From NCBI GenBank assembly GCA_033762115.1, contig JANRLX010000037.1, forward strand, positions 1 through 41,795: DNA of 41,795 bases, written 5' to 3'. A program made the translations under genes and the position numbers. This document shows positions 17,368-26,293 of this stretch, one piece after another. Origin of the DNA: Verrucomicrobiota bacterium. Its GTDB lineage: Bacteria > Verrucomicrobiota > Verrucomicrobiia > Limisphaerales > SXQI01. How positions within the stretch are numbered: the stretch's first letter is position 1; the number at the start of each line of letters is the position of its first letter. Under the pieces are notes generated by a model, which had not been told where the DNA came from, did not search any database, and worked only from the letters and a program-made list of their open reading frames with translations.

Positions 17368-18642
17368 ATGCACTTATCGGCACGACATCAAACCCGGTTG
17401 ATTCAATTTTTCCCATTGGTTGCGCTCATCTCAGGCCCCGCACAGATCCTGGGTGAAGGGTTCCGCAACCCTCCTCCCGGGGCATTCAGCCTGGGTCGTG
17501 CCGGCGGGCGCATTGCGCATATTGACGATGCCTCTGCAGTGCAACAAAACCCCGCCAACATGATCGATCTTGACCAGCCTGCCTTGTCCCTCGCTCCCAG
17601 TGTCGTTTACATTTACGTGGAGCATGATTCCGCGACAGGGCACCATTCAGAAACAACCAATCCGTGGAAGTTTTTGCCCAACTTCTTCTTTGCCACACCT
17701 TTTCAGGAAGGCAAGTTCGCGGCAGGCATTGGATTGACGACCCCGTATGGCTTATCCAACGAATGGGAAAAGTCAGGCGGCTTTGATCCTGGGGGACCAC
17801 TCCGCTACACAGCTCCCTGGTTTACAGAGATGAAAACGGTCAACCTGAACCCCTCAGCAGCGCTCAAAATCTCTGATACCCTTTCAATTGGCGCAGGTGT
17901 GGATGTGATGTGGTCTGAACTCACCTTCAAATATTTTTATCCATGGGGAGCAATTGTTGCGGGCTCTCCCGATGGAAATATCAAAGCCCGTGCAGACGGA
18001 GTAGGTCTTGGCGTCAATGCAGGGATCACATGGGAACCTCTGGAAGGGCATCGGGTGGCCCTCACTTACCGTTCCCCGATTGAGGTGGAATACGATGGCT
18101 ACTTTAAAATCGACAATATTCCGGCGGGGATTGCCCAGGAACGAAGCGATTTCAGTACAGATATCGATTTTCCCACGATTGTGGCGGTTGGCTATGGAAT
18201 CGAACTGAGTCCCACGATTCGGGTGGAAGTCGACGTGGAGTGGCTCGAATTTTCCAATTTTGGGGCCTTGAATCTGGATATTGGAGCGAACAGCTTTCTT
18301 TTTGGGACGGCAGCTTACGTTCCGCAAAATTGGAAGAACACGTTTACCGCAGGGATCGGTGGCGATTGGAAGTTTGCGCCGAACTGGGTCTTTCGCACTG
18401 GTTACCAGTTTTACGAAAGCCCTGTGCCTGATTATACCTTTTCACCAACCATACCGGACGCCAACCAGCATGTATTTACCACCGGAATTGGCTACACTCA
18501 CAAACAGCATACCATCGAATTCGCTTATGGTGGGATTTTCTACGACGAACGGAATATCACATCGAATCAAAACCCCGCCTATCTCGGCACCTACAGCATC
18601 AACGTGCATCTCTTTGCCTTTCGTTACGAGTTTGTCTTTTAA
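17368..18642 (+). CDS. FadL/OmpP1/TodX-family outer-membrane long-chain fatty acid / hydrophobic compound channel
   Basis: Signal peptide then EGF..SLGRAGG..DDASAVQQNPANM hatch motif, GIGLTTPYGL, amphipathic beta-strands, PTIPDAN, C-terminal YEFVF. Start at ATG 17368; the ORF track extends to 17248. Confidence 0.88.
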   Translation: MHLSARHQTRLIQFFPLVALISGPAQILGEGFRNPPPGAFSLGRAGGRIAHIDDASAVQQNPANMIDLDQPALSLAPSVVYIYVEHDSATGHHSETTNPWKFLPNFFFATPFQEGKFAAGIGLTTPYGLSNEWEKSGGFDPGGPLRYTAPWFTEMKTVNLNPSAALKISDTLSIGAGVDVMWSELTFKYFYPWGAIVAGSPDGNIKARADGVGLGVNAGITWEPLEGHRVALTYRSPIEVEYDGYFKIDNIPAGIAQERSDFSTDIDFPTIVAVGYGIELSPTIRVEVDVEWLEFSNFGALNLDIGANSFLFGTAAYVPQNWKNTFTAGIGGDWKFAPNWVFRTGYQFYESPVPDYTFSPTIPDANQHVFTTGIGYTHKQHTIEFAYGGIFYDERNITSNQNPAYLGTYSINVHLFAFRYEFVF

Positions 18643-18710
18643 GGTTAACTCCCTGCGAAAATCCTCTGGAGGGTGAGAACCGCCCTTGCCAAAATTTTAC
18701 AAAGTCGCGC

Positions 18711-18739
18711 TTGCCAAGAGCCCGCCGCGAGATTAGGCT
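18711..18739 (+). promoter_or_regulatory. Sigma70-type promoter of the rpsP operon
   Basis: TTGCCA (18711-18716), 17 nt, TAGGCT (18734-18739). Confidence 0.55.
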
Positions 18740-18810
18740 CTCCACTCTTTTTTAAGGGCCGGATTGGCCGGCGGTGAGAAAGAGAACCGCAGTTTGCTGA
18801 GAGATTTTTT

Positions 18811-19068
18811 ATGGCAGTAAAGATTCGCATGAAACGGATCGGGGCGAAAAACAACCCTGTTTTCCGTATTGTAGTCGCCGATGGCCGGAGCCCTCGTGAC
18901 GGAAAATTTATTGAAGAGATTGGGACCTACCAGCCTCTGAAAAAGGGTGAAAACTTCACCCTGGACAATGATCGCGCCCAATATTGGTTGAGCAAAGGAG
19001 CGCAGCCATCCGACACGGTGGCAAGCTTTATCAGAAAAGCCAGGCGCACTGCGGCTGCCGCAGCTTAA
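18811..19068 (+). CDS. rpsP: 30S ribosomal protein S16
   Basis: [46 protein letters not shown]. Confidence 0.98.
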   Translation: MAVKIRMKRIGAKNNPVFRIVVADGRSPRDGKFIEEIGTYQPLKKGENFTLDNDRAQYWLSKGAQPSDTVASFIRKARRTAAAAA

Positions 19069-19077
19069 CGGAGCGCA

Positions 19078-19323
19078 ATGCAGGCGTTTCTGGATTATGT
19101 GGTGAAGTCCCTTGTGGACAACCCGGACGCGGTCACGGTGACTCCCGTGGAGCGGAATGGGATGACTTTGTTTGAATTGCGACTGGATCCCGCTGATGTG
19201 GGTAAAGTGATCGGACGCCAGGGAGCGACGATCCATGCAATCCGTTCGTTGCTGCTGGTGGGAAGCGCAAAAAAAGGGGTGCGCTGTTCAGTGGAGATTG
19301 TGGAAGACCGGGATTCCCGGTAA
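19078..19323 (+). CDS. khpA: KH-domain RNA-binding protein (KhpA/YlqC family)
   Basis: [28 protein letters not shown] (GxxG loop); typical position after rpsP. Confidence 0.9.
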   Translation: MQAFLDYVVKSLVDNPDAVTVTPVERNGMTLFELRLDPADVGKVIGRQGATIHAIRSLLLVGSAKKGVRCSVEIVEDRDSR

Positions 19324-19363
19324 GTGGAACGTTCGCCGGAGCGTTCGAGCGGCAGCTCATCTT

Positions 19364-20053
19364 ATGAAGATTGATGTGCTGACATTGTTTCCCGCGATGT
19401 TTGCAGGTCCGCTGGATGAAAGCATCATCAAACGGGCGCGGGATGGCGGGTTGCTGGAACTGGGTATCCATAACCTGCGAGATTGGACCCATGACCGGCA
19501 TAAAACGGTGGATGACAAACCGTTTGGTGGCGGGCCAGGGATGTTGCTGAAGCCGGAGCCTTTGTTTGAAGCGATCGAACAGTTGGCGAATGAGCGGACG
19601 CATGTGATTTTGTTGACTCCCGGAGGACGAAAGTTCGAGCAGGGAATCGCACGGGAACTGGCAATGAAAGAGCATGTGCTGCTGGTGTGCGGGAGTTACG
19701 AAGGTTTTGATGAGCGGGTGAGGGAACGGCTCGCGAACGATGAGCTGTCAATTGGGGATTACGTGCTGACCAATGGAGCATTGCCCGCAATGGTGATCAT
19801 TGATGCTGTGACCCGCCTGATACCCGGCGTCCTGGGTGATGCGGAGAGTTCGGCGGATGAATCGTTCAGCGATGGGATGCTTGAATATCCGCATTATACG
19901 CGGCCAGCGGAGTTCAGGGGAATGAAAGTGCCGGAAGTTTTATTGTCAGGCCATCACGCGGAGATTGCGAAATGGCGGGCTGAGCAAGCCCGGGAACGCA
20001 CGCGTCAGAAGCGGCCTGATTTGTTGAAAGTAGAAAAGCCAAACGAGTTATGA
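19364..20053 (+). CDS. trmD: tRNA (guanine37-N1)-methyltransferase
   Basis: [48 protein letters not shown]. True start 19364, not 19235. Confidence 0.97.
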   Translation: MKIDVLTLFPAMFAGPLDESIIKRARDGGLLELGIHNLRDWTHDRHKTVDDKPFGGGPGMLLKPEPLFEAIEQLANERTHVILLTPGGRKFEQGIARELAMKEHVLLVCGSYEGFDERVRERLANDELSIGDYVLTNGALPAMVIIDAVTRLIPGVLGDAESSADESFSDGMLEYPHYTRPAEFRGMKVPEVLLSGHHAEIAKWRAEQARERTRQKRPDLLKVEKPNEL

Positions 20054-20421
20054 GCCAAGCTATATTTGATAAAATTGAATCGGAGCAGTTCCGCAAGAAC
20101 GCAGCGAATTTTAATGTGGGAGATTCAGTCAAAGTCCACACCAAGGTGGTGGAAGGTGACAAGGAACGAATCCAGATTTTTTCAGGGGTGGTGATCGGCC
20201 GTCGTGGGCGTGGCATCAACTCAACCTTTACTGTGCGCCGGATTAGTTACGGGGAAGGTGTGGAACGTATTTTCCCGGTTCATTCTCCACGTGTGGACAA
20301 GATTGAAGTGGAACGCCGTGGTGAAGTCCGTCGCGCAAAACTGACCTACCTGCGCGGTCGTGTCGGCAAGGGAGCTACAGCGGTGAAGGAAAAAGAAACC
20401 CGTGTTGCTGCCGCAAAATAA
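20050..20421 (+). CDS. rplS: 50S ribosomal protein L19
   Basis: [51 protein letters not shown] overlap with trmD. Confidence 0.98.
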   Translation: MSQAIFDKIESEQFRKNAANFNVGDSVKVHTKVVEGDKERIQIFSGVVIGRRGRGINSTFTVRRISYGEGVERIFPVHSPRVDKIEVERRGEVRRAKLTYLRGRVGKGATAVKEKETRVAAAK

Positions 20422-20444
20422 ATTTTTGCCAGTTTAATTGATGT

Positions 20445-20471
20445 AAAGCCGCTCGCAAGAGCGGCTTTTTT
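20445..20471 (+). terminator. Rho-independent terminator after rplS
   Basis: AAAGCCGCTC-GCAA-GAGCGGCTTT stem with a GNRA loop followed by a T tract. Confidence 0.9.
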
Positions 20472-20555
20472 ATTGAATAAACTGGAAAAGGCCCCTGGGC
20501 TGAGCCCGGCACTCTTGAGGAGGAGCCCGGTGCGGAATGCCAAGAATGGTTTTCC

Positions 20556-20583
20556 TTGCACAGATCGTTGTCATAAGTAAAAT
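20556..20583 (+). promoter_or_regulatory. Sigma70-type promoter for the small membrane protein pair
   Basis: TTGCAC-16-TAAAAT. Confidence 0.45.
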
Positions 20584-20622
20584 CCGTTTCGGAGATTTGG
20601 ATTATTTTCCGCCCTTAAATAG

Positions 20623-20880
20623 TTGGCAACCATCGTTTATATATTGTGTGCGGTGACAAGTGCTTCCTGCGGCATTCTGCTGTGGATCCAGTACAGAAGG
20701 CAACCTACGCCCCTGACTTTTTGGAGTGCTCTGAGTTTTATCGTCTTTACCCTGACAAATGTGCTGCTTTGCATTGACCAGCTGGTGATACCACACCAAA
20801 ACCTGATGGTTTACAGGACAGCATTAACTTCGCTGGCCATTTTTCTCCAACTTTTCGGATTAATTCGAAGCCGTGCGTAA
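20623..20880 (+). CDS. Small 3-TM membrane protein, DUF5985-like
   Basis: VYILCAVTSASCGILL..FWSALSF..NVLL..D pattern; TTG start. Confidence 0.65.
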   Translation: MATIVYILCAVTSASCGILLWIQYRRQPTPLTFWSALSFIVFTLTNVLLCIDQLVIPHQNLMVYRTALTSLAIFLQLFGLIRSRA

Positions 20881-21149
20881 TGAGAAATTCCGCCCAACTA
20901 TTGTTGTCGGGAGTCTGCCTGATGGGTGCCTGGGCGTGCGGCTATTTTTTCTGGCGCTTCTGGAAAACTTCGCGAGATGTCTTGTTCCTCTATTTTGCAG
21001 CGGCATTCTGGGTCTTTTCCGTGGAACGAGTCGTGCTTTTTGCAATGCAGTTGAATGATGAACTGCGTCCAGAGGTTTATATCATTCGATTGGCCGGGTT
21101 TTCGTTATTGGTCTGGGGGATTGTGCATACGAATTTTCGCAAGCGTTAG
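20880..21149 (+). CDS. Small 3-TM membrane protein, DUF5985-like
   Basis: LSG..FFWRFWKTSRDVLFLYFAAAFW..YIIRLAGF; TAATG coupling to the upstream gene. Confidence 0.7.
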   Translation: MRNSAQLLLSGVCLMGAWACGYFFWRFWKTSRDVLFLYFAAAFWVFSVERVVLFAMQLNDELRPEVYIIRLAGFSLLVWGIVHTNFRKR

Positions 21150-21213
21150 GGGTTGGTGAAGAAAAGCTTGGCTTGAACGTCTGTTGCTTTAGGTTAAATT
21201 TTCAAACCAAGCC

Positions 21214-24200
21214 ATGTTTGTCTCTCGCGCCATTCTTTTTCTTCGGCAAATTTTGCTTCTTTTTACACTGGCGTTTTTACGGAATTTTGAAGGGACCGGG
21301 CAGGCGGCTGAAGTTGAGTTTCTGCGGGATGTGCGCCCCATTCTTTCAAGTCATTGCTTCAAATGCCATGGCCCGGATGAGGGAACGCGGAAAGGGAAGT
21401 TGAGGCTCGATCTCCCGGAGGAGGCGATCAAAGCCGGAAAATCGGGAGCGGTGGCCATTGTCCCGGGCAAGCCGGAGGAGAGTGAAGTGATCAAGCGCAT
21501 TTTCACCAGCGACGAGGATGATCTCATGCCGCCGCCGGAAGCAAAGCACCCGATTAATGAGCAGCAAAAAGAGATTTTACGGCAATGGATCAAATCCGGG
21601 GCTGAATACGTTCCGCACTGGGCATTTCAGAAGCCCAAGGCTCCAGTCATTCCTGAAGTAAAAAACAAGACCTGGCCACAAAATGAAATTGATTATTTTG
21701 TGCTGGCCCGGCTTGAGAAGGAAGGGCTTGCGCCTGCCGGGAAAGCACCCCGGGAAATTCTGTTAAGGCGTGTTTACCTGGATTTGACCGGCCTTCCACC
21801 AACCATCGAGCAATCGGAAGAATTCTTGAAGGACAGTTCGCCGGACGCCTATGAAAAACTGGTGGACCGTTTGCTGGCCTCACCTCATTACGGAGAACGG
21901 TGGGCTCGGCGCTGGCTCGATCTGGCGCGTTATGCAGACACCAACGGTTATGAAAAAGACCGGGTGCGGTCAATGTGGCCGTACCGTGACTGGGTGATCA
22001 ACGCATTGAACAAAGACATGCCGTTCGATCAGTTCACCATTGAACAACTTGCGGGAGACATGCTGCCGGATGCAACCCTTGAACAAAAAATTGCCACCGG
22101 GTTTCATCGCAATTCAATGATCAACGAAGAGGGAGGAAGCGATCCCCTGGAATTTCGTTTTCACGCGATGGTGGACCGGGTGCATGTGACTGCAACCACC
22201 TGGCTCGGGTTGACGATGGCCTGTGCGCAATGTCATACGCACAAGTATGACCCGATCCAGCACTCCGAGTACTACAAGTTCATGGCATTCATGAACAACG
22301 CCGATGAACCGACCATCGAAGTGCCCAAACCGGATGTTTCCGCAAAACGGAAGGAGGGATTGGAGAAGCTTGCTGCAATGGAACGGAGTTTACCTGAGCA
22401 ATTTCCGGTTGAATCGCAAATTCAGTGGATTACCCCGGCAGGGGCGGAATTCAGTTCACAGGAAGGGTTGGACGCAGAACTTTTGCCTGATGGATCGTTC
22501 CGAATCATCAGCGAAAAAAACCCGGAGAGTGATCTTTACACAATCATTTTCGACACGCCCACGCGCCGGATTACCCATATTCAACTCGAAGCGATCCCGG
22601 ATGAGAAAGTTCGTAACGGCGGACCAGGCAGAACCGATCATGGGAATTTCGTGCTGAGCGAAATTGAAGTTGAAATTGGGGAGATCGGCAGCAGGGAAAG
22701 CCGGAAGGCAAAACTGATCAATGCCAGCGCTGATTATGCGCAGAATGACTTTCCGGTGGGCAACGCGATTGATGGGAAACTGGACAGCGGCTGGGCAATA
22801 GCGCAGGAAGGAAAACGGCTTCATCGAAGAGCGCAGTTCCAGCTGGAGGAAATCTGGACCCACACCGAAGGGGGAAGAGTAACTGTGCGATTGCATCAGC
22901 AATATGGAAAACAGCATACGCTTGGCCGTTTCAAGATCAGCGTGGGAAGCGAAGAGCCGGATGAAAGATCACTCGCAGAACGGCGCAAGGAGCATCTGGA
23001 GAAAAAGTTTTCAAAATGGCTGGAGCGTGAATCGACCAGGGCTGTGACCTGGGAGCGACTTACCCCGATTGAAGCCAGCAGCCCGACGCCGACACTCGAT
23101 ATTGAACCGGAAGGTATCATCTTTGCCTCGGGAGATTTTACCAAGAGCGACACTTACACAGTGCGGTTTAAAGGAGTCTCCTCGAAAATAAAGGCGGTGC
23201 GACTGGAGGCGCTGCCGGATGATCGTTTACCCAAAGGGGGACCCGGACGAGTTTATTATGAAGGGCCTGAGGGAGACTTTTTTCTGTCTGAATTCAAACT
23301 GTCAGCAGGCGGGAAGGTTCTGCAATTGACCAATGCAACCGAAAGTTTCGCCAAAGACAAGACCGGGGCAGGCAGGGCGATTGATGGAGACTTGCAGAGT
23401 GGCTGGTCAATCGAGGGAGCGCAGGGAAGAACGCATAATGCAGTGTTTCACCTGGTTGAAGCCCTTGAAAGCGGAGGTGATCTGCAGGTGGAACTCACGA
23501 TGGAACGTTATTATGCCTCGCCGCTGGGCAAATTCCGAATCTGGATAACCAGTGACGACGGAGCCATCGCCTCTCCCCTGCCCCAGGAAAGTTATGAGGC
23601 ATTGCTGGCACATCAGAATGGAACAGCTGAACCTGCGCAGCTTGAACGATTGCTGAAAGAATTCATACGAATCACTCCTGACCTGAAGGAGCCACGCAAA
23701 CAAGTGGAGGAGGCGAGAAATAATTTACCGAAATTGCCCACGACGCTGGCATTGAAGGAACGATCCCCAAATCATGCGCGGACGACGCGGCGGCATCATC
23801 GCGGCGAATTCCTGCAAGCCAAGGAAGAGGTGATGCCGGACGTTCCATCGTTTTTGCCAGCCATGGCAAAGGAGGAACCGAAAAACCGGTTAACCTTCGC
23901 CAAATGGCTCGTCTCAAAAGAGAACCCATTGACCGGACGTGTGGTGATGAACCGTCACTGGGAAGCATTTTTTGGACGGGGGCTGGTAAGGACCCTGGAG
24001 GATTTTGGGTTTCAGGGAGAATTGCCAAGCCATCCGGAACTTTTGGATTGGCTGGCCCTGGAATTTCCAAAACAGGGCTGGTCGCAAAAGAAGATGCACA
24101 AAAAAATCGTGATGAGCGCCACCTACCAGCAGGCAAGCGATGTAACGCCAGAGTTGATGGAACGTGATCCGCTGAATGTGTTGCTGACAAGAGGGCCGCG

Positions 24201-24807
24201 TTTCCGCGTGGAAGCTGAGTTGGTGCGCGATCTTGGACTGGTGGCAAGCGGATTGTTTTCCGCGAAAGTTGGAGGCCCAAGTGTGTTTCCTCCACAACCT
24301 CCCGGTGTCTCGACTGAGGGGGCTTATGGGCCATTGGAATGGAAGGTCAGCCAGGGGGAAGACCGTTACCGAAGAGGATTGTATACTTTTGCCAAACGAA
24401 CCGCGCCATATGCCATGAGTGCAGCCTTCGATGGCCCCAGCGGGGAAGCGTGCCTTGCACGACGCGAACGCTCGAATACTCCATTGCAGGCATTAACGTT
24501 ATTGAATGACGAGGTGTTTATGGAAACTGCGCGGGCATTGGGACGATGGGCGGTGAACCAAAAACTGGAGCAGAAGGAAGTAACGACACAATTGTTCCGA
24601 CGATGCCTGACCCGCTCTCCCAAAGCGGATGAAATTGAGCGCCTGCTGAAGTTTTATGAACAGCAATTGGTTCGATTCAAATCGGGAGAGTTGAATGCCG
24701 CCGACCTGATTGGGGAAGCTGAGGAAAATCAGAAGCCGGAACAGGCAGCATGGACCGCTTTGGCGCGTGTCTTACTGAACCTGGATGAAACCATCACTAA
24801 ATCGTAG
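21214..24807 (+). CDS. Planctomycete cytochrome c plus PSCyt2/PSD1 (DUF1549/DUF1553) protein
   Basis: Heme motifs CFKCH and CAQCH; HWAF, YGERWARRWLDLARYADTNG, PSHPELLDWLA, NTPLQALTLLN. Confidence 0.92.
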   Translation: MFVSRAILFLRQILLLFTLAFLRNFEGTGQAAEVEFLRDVRPILSSHCFKCHGPDEGTRKGKLRLDLPEEAIKAGKSGAVAIVPGKPEESEVIKRIFTSDEDDLMPPPEAKHPINEQQKEILRQWIKSGAEYVPHWAFQKPKAPVIPEVKNKTWPQNEIDYFVLARLEKEGLAPAGKAPREILLRRVYLDLTGLPPTIEQSEEFLKDSSPDAYEKLVDRLLASPHYGERWARRWLDLARYADTNGYEKDRVRSMWPYRDWVINALNKDMPFDQFTIEQLAGDMLPDATLEQKIATGFHRNSMINEEGGSDPLEFRFHAMVDRVHVTATTWLGLTMACAQCHTHKYDPIQHSEYYKFMAFMNNADEPTIEVPKPDVSAKRKEGLEKLAAMERSLPEQFPVESQIQWITPAGAEFSSQEGLDAELLPDGSFRIISEKNPESDLYTIIFDTPTRRITHIQLEAIPDEKVRNGGPGRTDHGNFVLSEIEVEIGEIGSRESRKAKLINASADYAQNDFPVGNAIDGKLDSGWAIAQEGKRLHRRAQFQLEEIWTHTEGGRVTVRLHQQYGKQHTLGRFKISVGSEEPDERSLAERRKEHLEKKFSKWLERESTRAVTWERLTPIEASSPTPTLDIEPEGIIFASGDFTKSDTYTVRFKGVSSKIKAVRLEALPDDRLPKGGPGRVYYEGPEGDFFLSEFKLSAGGKVLQLTNATESFAKDKTGAGRAIDGDLQSGWSIEGAQGRTHNAVFHLVEALESGGDLQVELTMERYYASPLGKFRIWITSDDGAIASPLPQESYEALLAHQNGTAEPAQLERLLKEFIRITPDLKEPRKQVEEARNNLPKLPTTLALKERSPNHARTTRRHHRGEFLQAKEEVMPDVPSFLPAMAKEEPKNRLTFAKWLVSKENPLTGRVVMNRHWEAFFGRGLVRTLEDFGFQGELPSHPELLDWLALEFPKQGWSQKKMHKKIVMSATYQQASDVTPELMERDPLNVLLTRGPRFRVEAELVRDLGLVASGLFSAKVGGPSVFPPQPPGVSTEGAYGPLEWKVSQGEDRYRRGLYTFAKRTAPYAMSAAFDGPSGEACLARRERSNTPLQALTLLNDEVFMETARALGRWAVNQKLEQKEVTTQLFRRCLTRSPKADEIERLLKFYEQQLVRFKSGELNAADLIGEAEENQKPEQAAWTALARVLLNLDETITKS

Positions 24808-24821
24808 AAGCCACTGATCTT

Positions 24822-26276
24822 ATGAATTGCCATAACCATTTTTACGGAGGCAGTAATCCAAGGGTCAATTCGCGACGGTGGTTTTTAAAGGAGTGCGGAT
24901 TGGGAATTGGAAAGATCGCCGCTGCATCCTTACTGGCGAACGCCACTTCACCCTGGTCACATGGAGCAACGGCAAAAGAGGCGCTGGCTTTAAAGGAACC
25001 GCATTTTAAAGGAAAAGCAAAGCGGGTGATTCACCTTTTCATGGCTGGTGCGCCGAGTCAGCTCGATTTATTTGATAACAAACCGGAGCTAAAGAAACTG
25101 GAAGGAAAGCCGCTTCCTCCCTCAGTTTATGAAGGGCAGCGTTATGCCTTCATTCGTCCTGACGCAAATGTTTTGGGACCACGTTATGAATTCAAGAAGT
25201 ATGGTGAATCGGGAGCGGAAATTTCTGAAATGCTGCCGCACCTTGGCAAGGTGGCGGATGATATTTGCATTATCCGTTCGATGAAAACGGACCAGTTTAA
25301 CCACGCGCCGGCACAGATTTTCCTGAACACAGGGTTTGCTCAACCGGGGCGGCCAAGCATCGGTTCCTGGGCGCTTTACGGATTGGGAAGTGAATCGCAG
25401 GATCTGCCGGCTTTTGTAGTAATGTCCACGGGAGCGGGAATCAGCGGAGGCGCAGCCAATTGGTCGAGCGGATTTTTACCTTCCGTTTACGCAGGAGTCC
25501 GGTTTCGTTCCCAGGGCGACCCGATCCTGAATGTGAGTTTGCCAAAAGGGGTGGACAACAAGCTGCAGCGAGACTCACTGGATTTGATTAACGAGATGAA
25601 CCGGGAACATCTGGGAATTGTGGGTGACCCGGAAATCGAAACACGCATTGCCTCCTATGAAATGGCTTATCGGCTGCAAAGTTCCGCACCAGACCTGATG
25701 AACCTGAAGAGCGAGAGCAAAGAGACGCTGGAAATGTATGGGTGCGACCCCGACAAACCCAGCTTCGCGCGGGCCTGCCTTCTGGCACGCAGGATGATCG
25801 AACGAGGAGTCCGGTTCATCAACATTTACCATGAAGGTTGGGACGCCCATTCAGATGTGTCTGGAAATTTGAAAAATAATTGCGGAGCGACTGACCAGGC
25901 TTCCGCGGCATTAATCAAGGATTTAAAACAACGCGGATTGCTGGATGAAACGCTGGTGATCTGGGGCGGAGAGTTCGGGCGGACGCCGATGGTTGAGAGC
26001 AATGCAGCGCTGGGGCGGAGCCTTGGCCGAGATCACCACCCGCAGGCCTTTACAATGTGGCTCGCAGGAGGGGGGATCAAACCGGGCCTGAACTATGGCT
26101 CAACAGATGATCTTGGTTTTCATGTGGCAGAAAACCCGGTTCATGTTCATGACCTTCAGGCAACGATTCTGCATTGCCTGGGGTTTGATCATGAACGGCT
26201 GACATATACCTACCAGGGCCGGAAATTCCGGCTTACTGATGTGCATGGTCACGTGGTGAAGGGAATATTGGCGTAG
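24822..26276 (+). CDS. DUF1501 domain protein (sulfatase-like, Tat-type N-terminus)
   Basis: SRRWFLK; KAKRVIHLFMAGAPSQLDLFD; GWDAH; WGGEFGRTP; GRDHH; typical partner of PSD1 proteins. Confidence 0.92.
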   Translation: MNCHNHFYGGSNPRVNSRRWFLKECGLGIGKIAAASLLANATSPWSHGATAKEALALKEPHFKGKAKRVIHLFMAGAPSQLDLFDNKPELKKLEGKPLPPSVYEGQRYAFIRPDANVLGPRYEFKKYGESGAEISEMLPHLGKVADDICIIRSMKTDQFNHAPAQIFLNTGFAQPGRPSIGSWALYGLGSESQDLPAFVVMSTGAGISGGAANWSSGFLPSVYAGVRFRSQGDPILNVSLPKGVDNKLQRDSLDLINEMNREHLGIVGDPEIETRIASYEMAYRLQSSAPDLMNLKSESKETLEMYGCDPDKPSFARACLLARRMIERGVRFINIYHEGWDAHSDVSGNLKNNCGATDQASAALIKDLKQRGLLDETLVIWGGEFGRTPMVESNAALGRSLGRDHHPQAFTMWLAGGGIKPGLNYGSTDDLGFHVAENPVHVHDLQATILHCLGFDHERLTYTYQGRKFRLTDVHGHVVKGILA

Positions 26277-26293
26277 CGAAATATCCCCTCGCT

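Noticed and set aside
19235..19363. Extended trmD start or a rimM remnant
   Set aside because: Overlaps khpA, shows no RimM similarity, and TrmD homology begins at MKIDV.
20490..20535. GAGCCCGG repeated twice after the rplS terminator
   Set aside because: Only two short copies; no REP or CRISPR periodicity.
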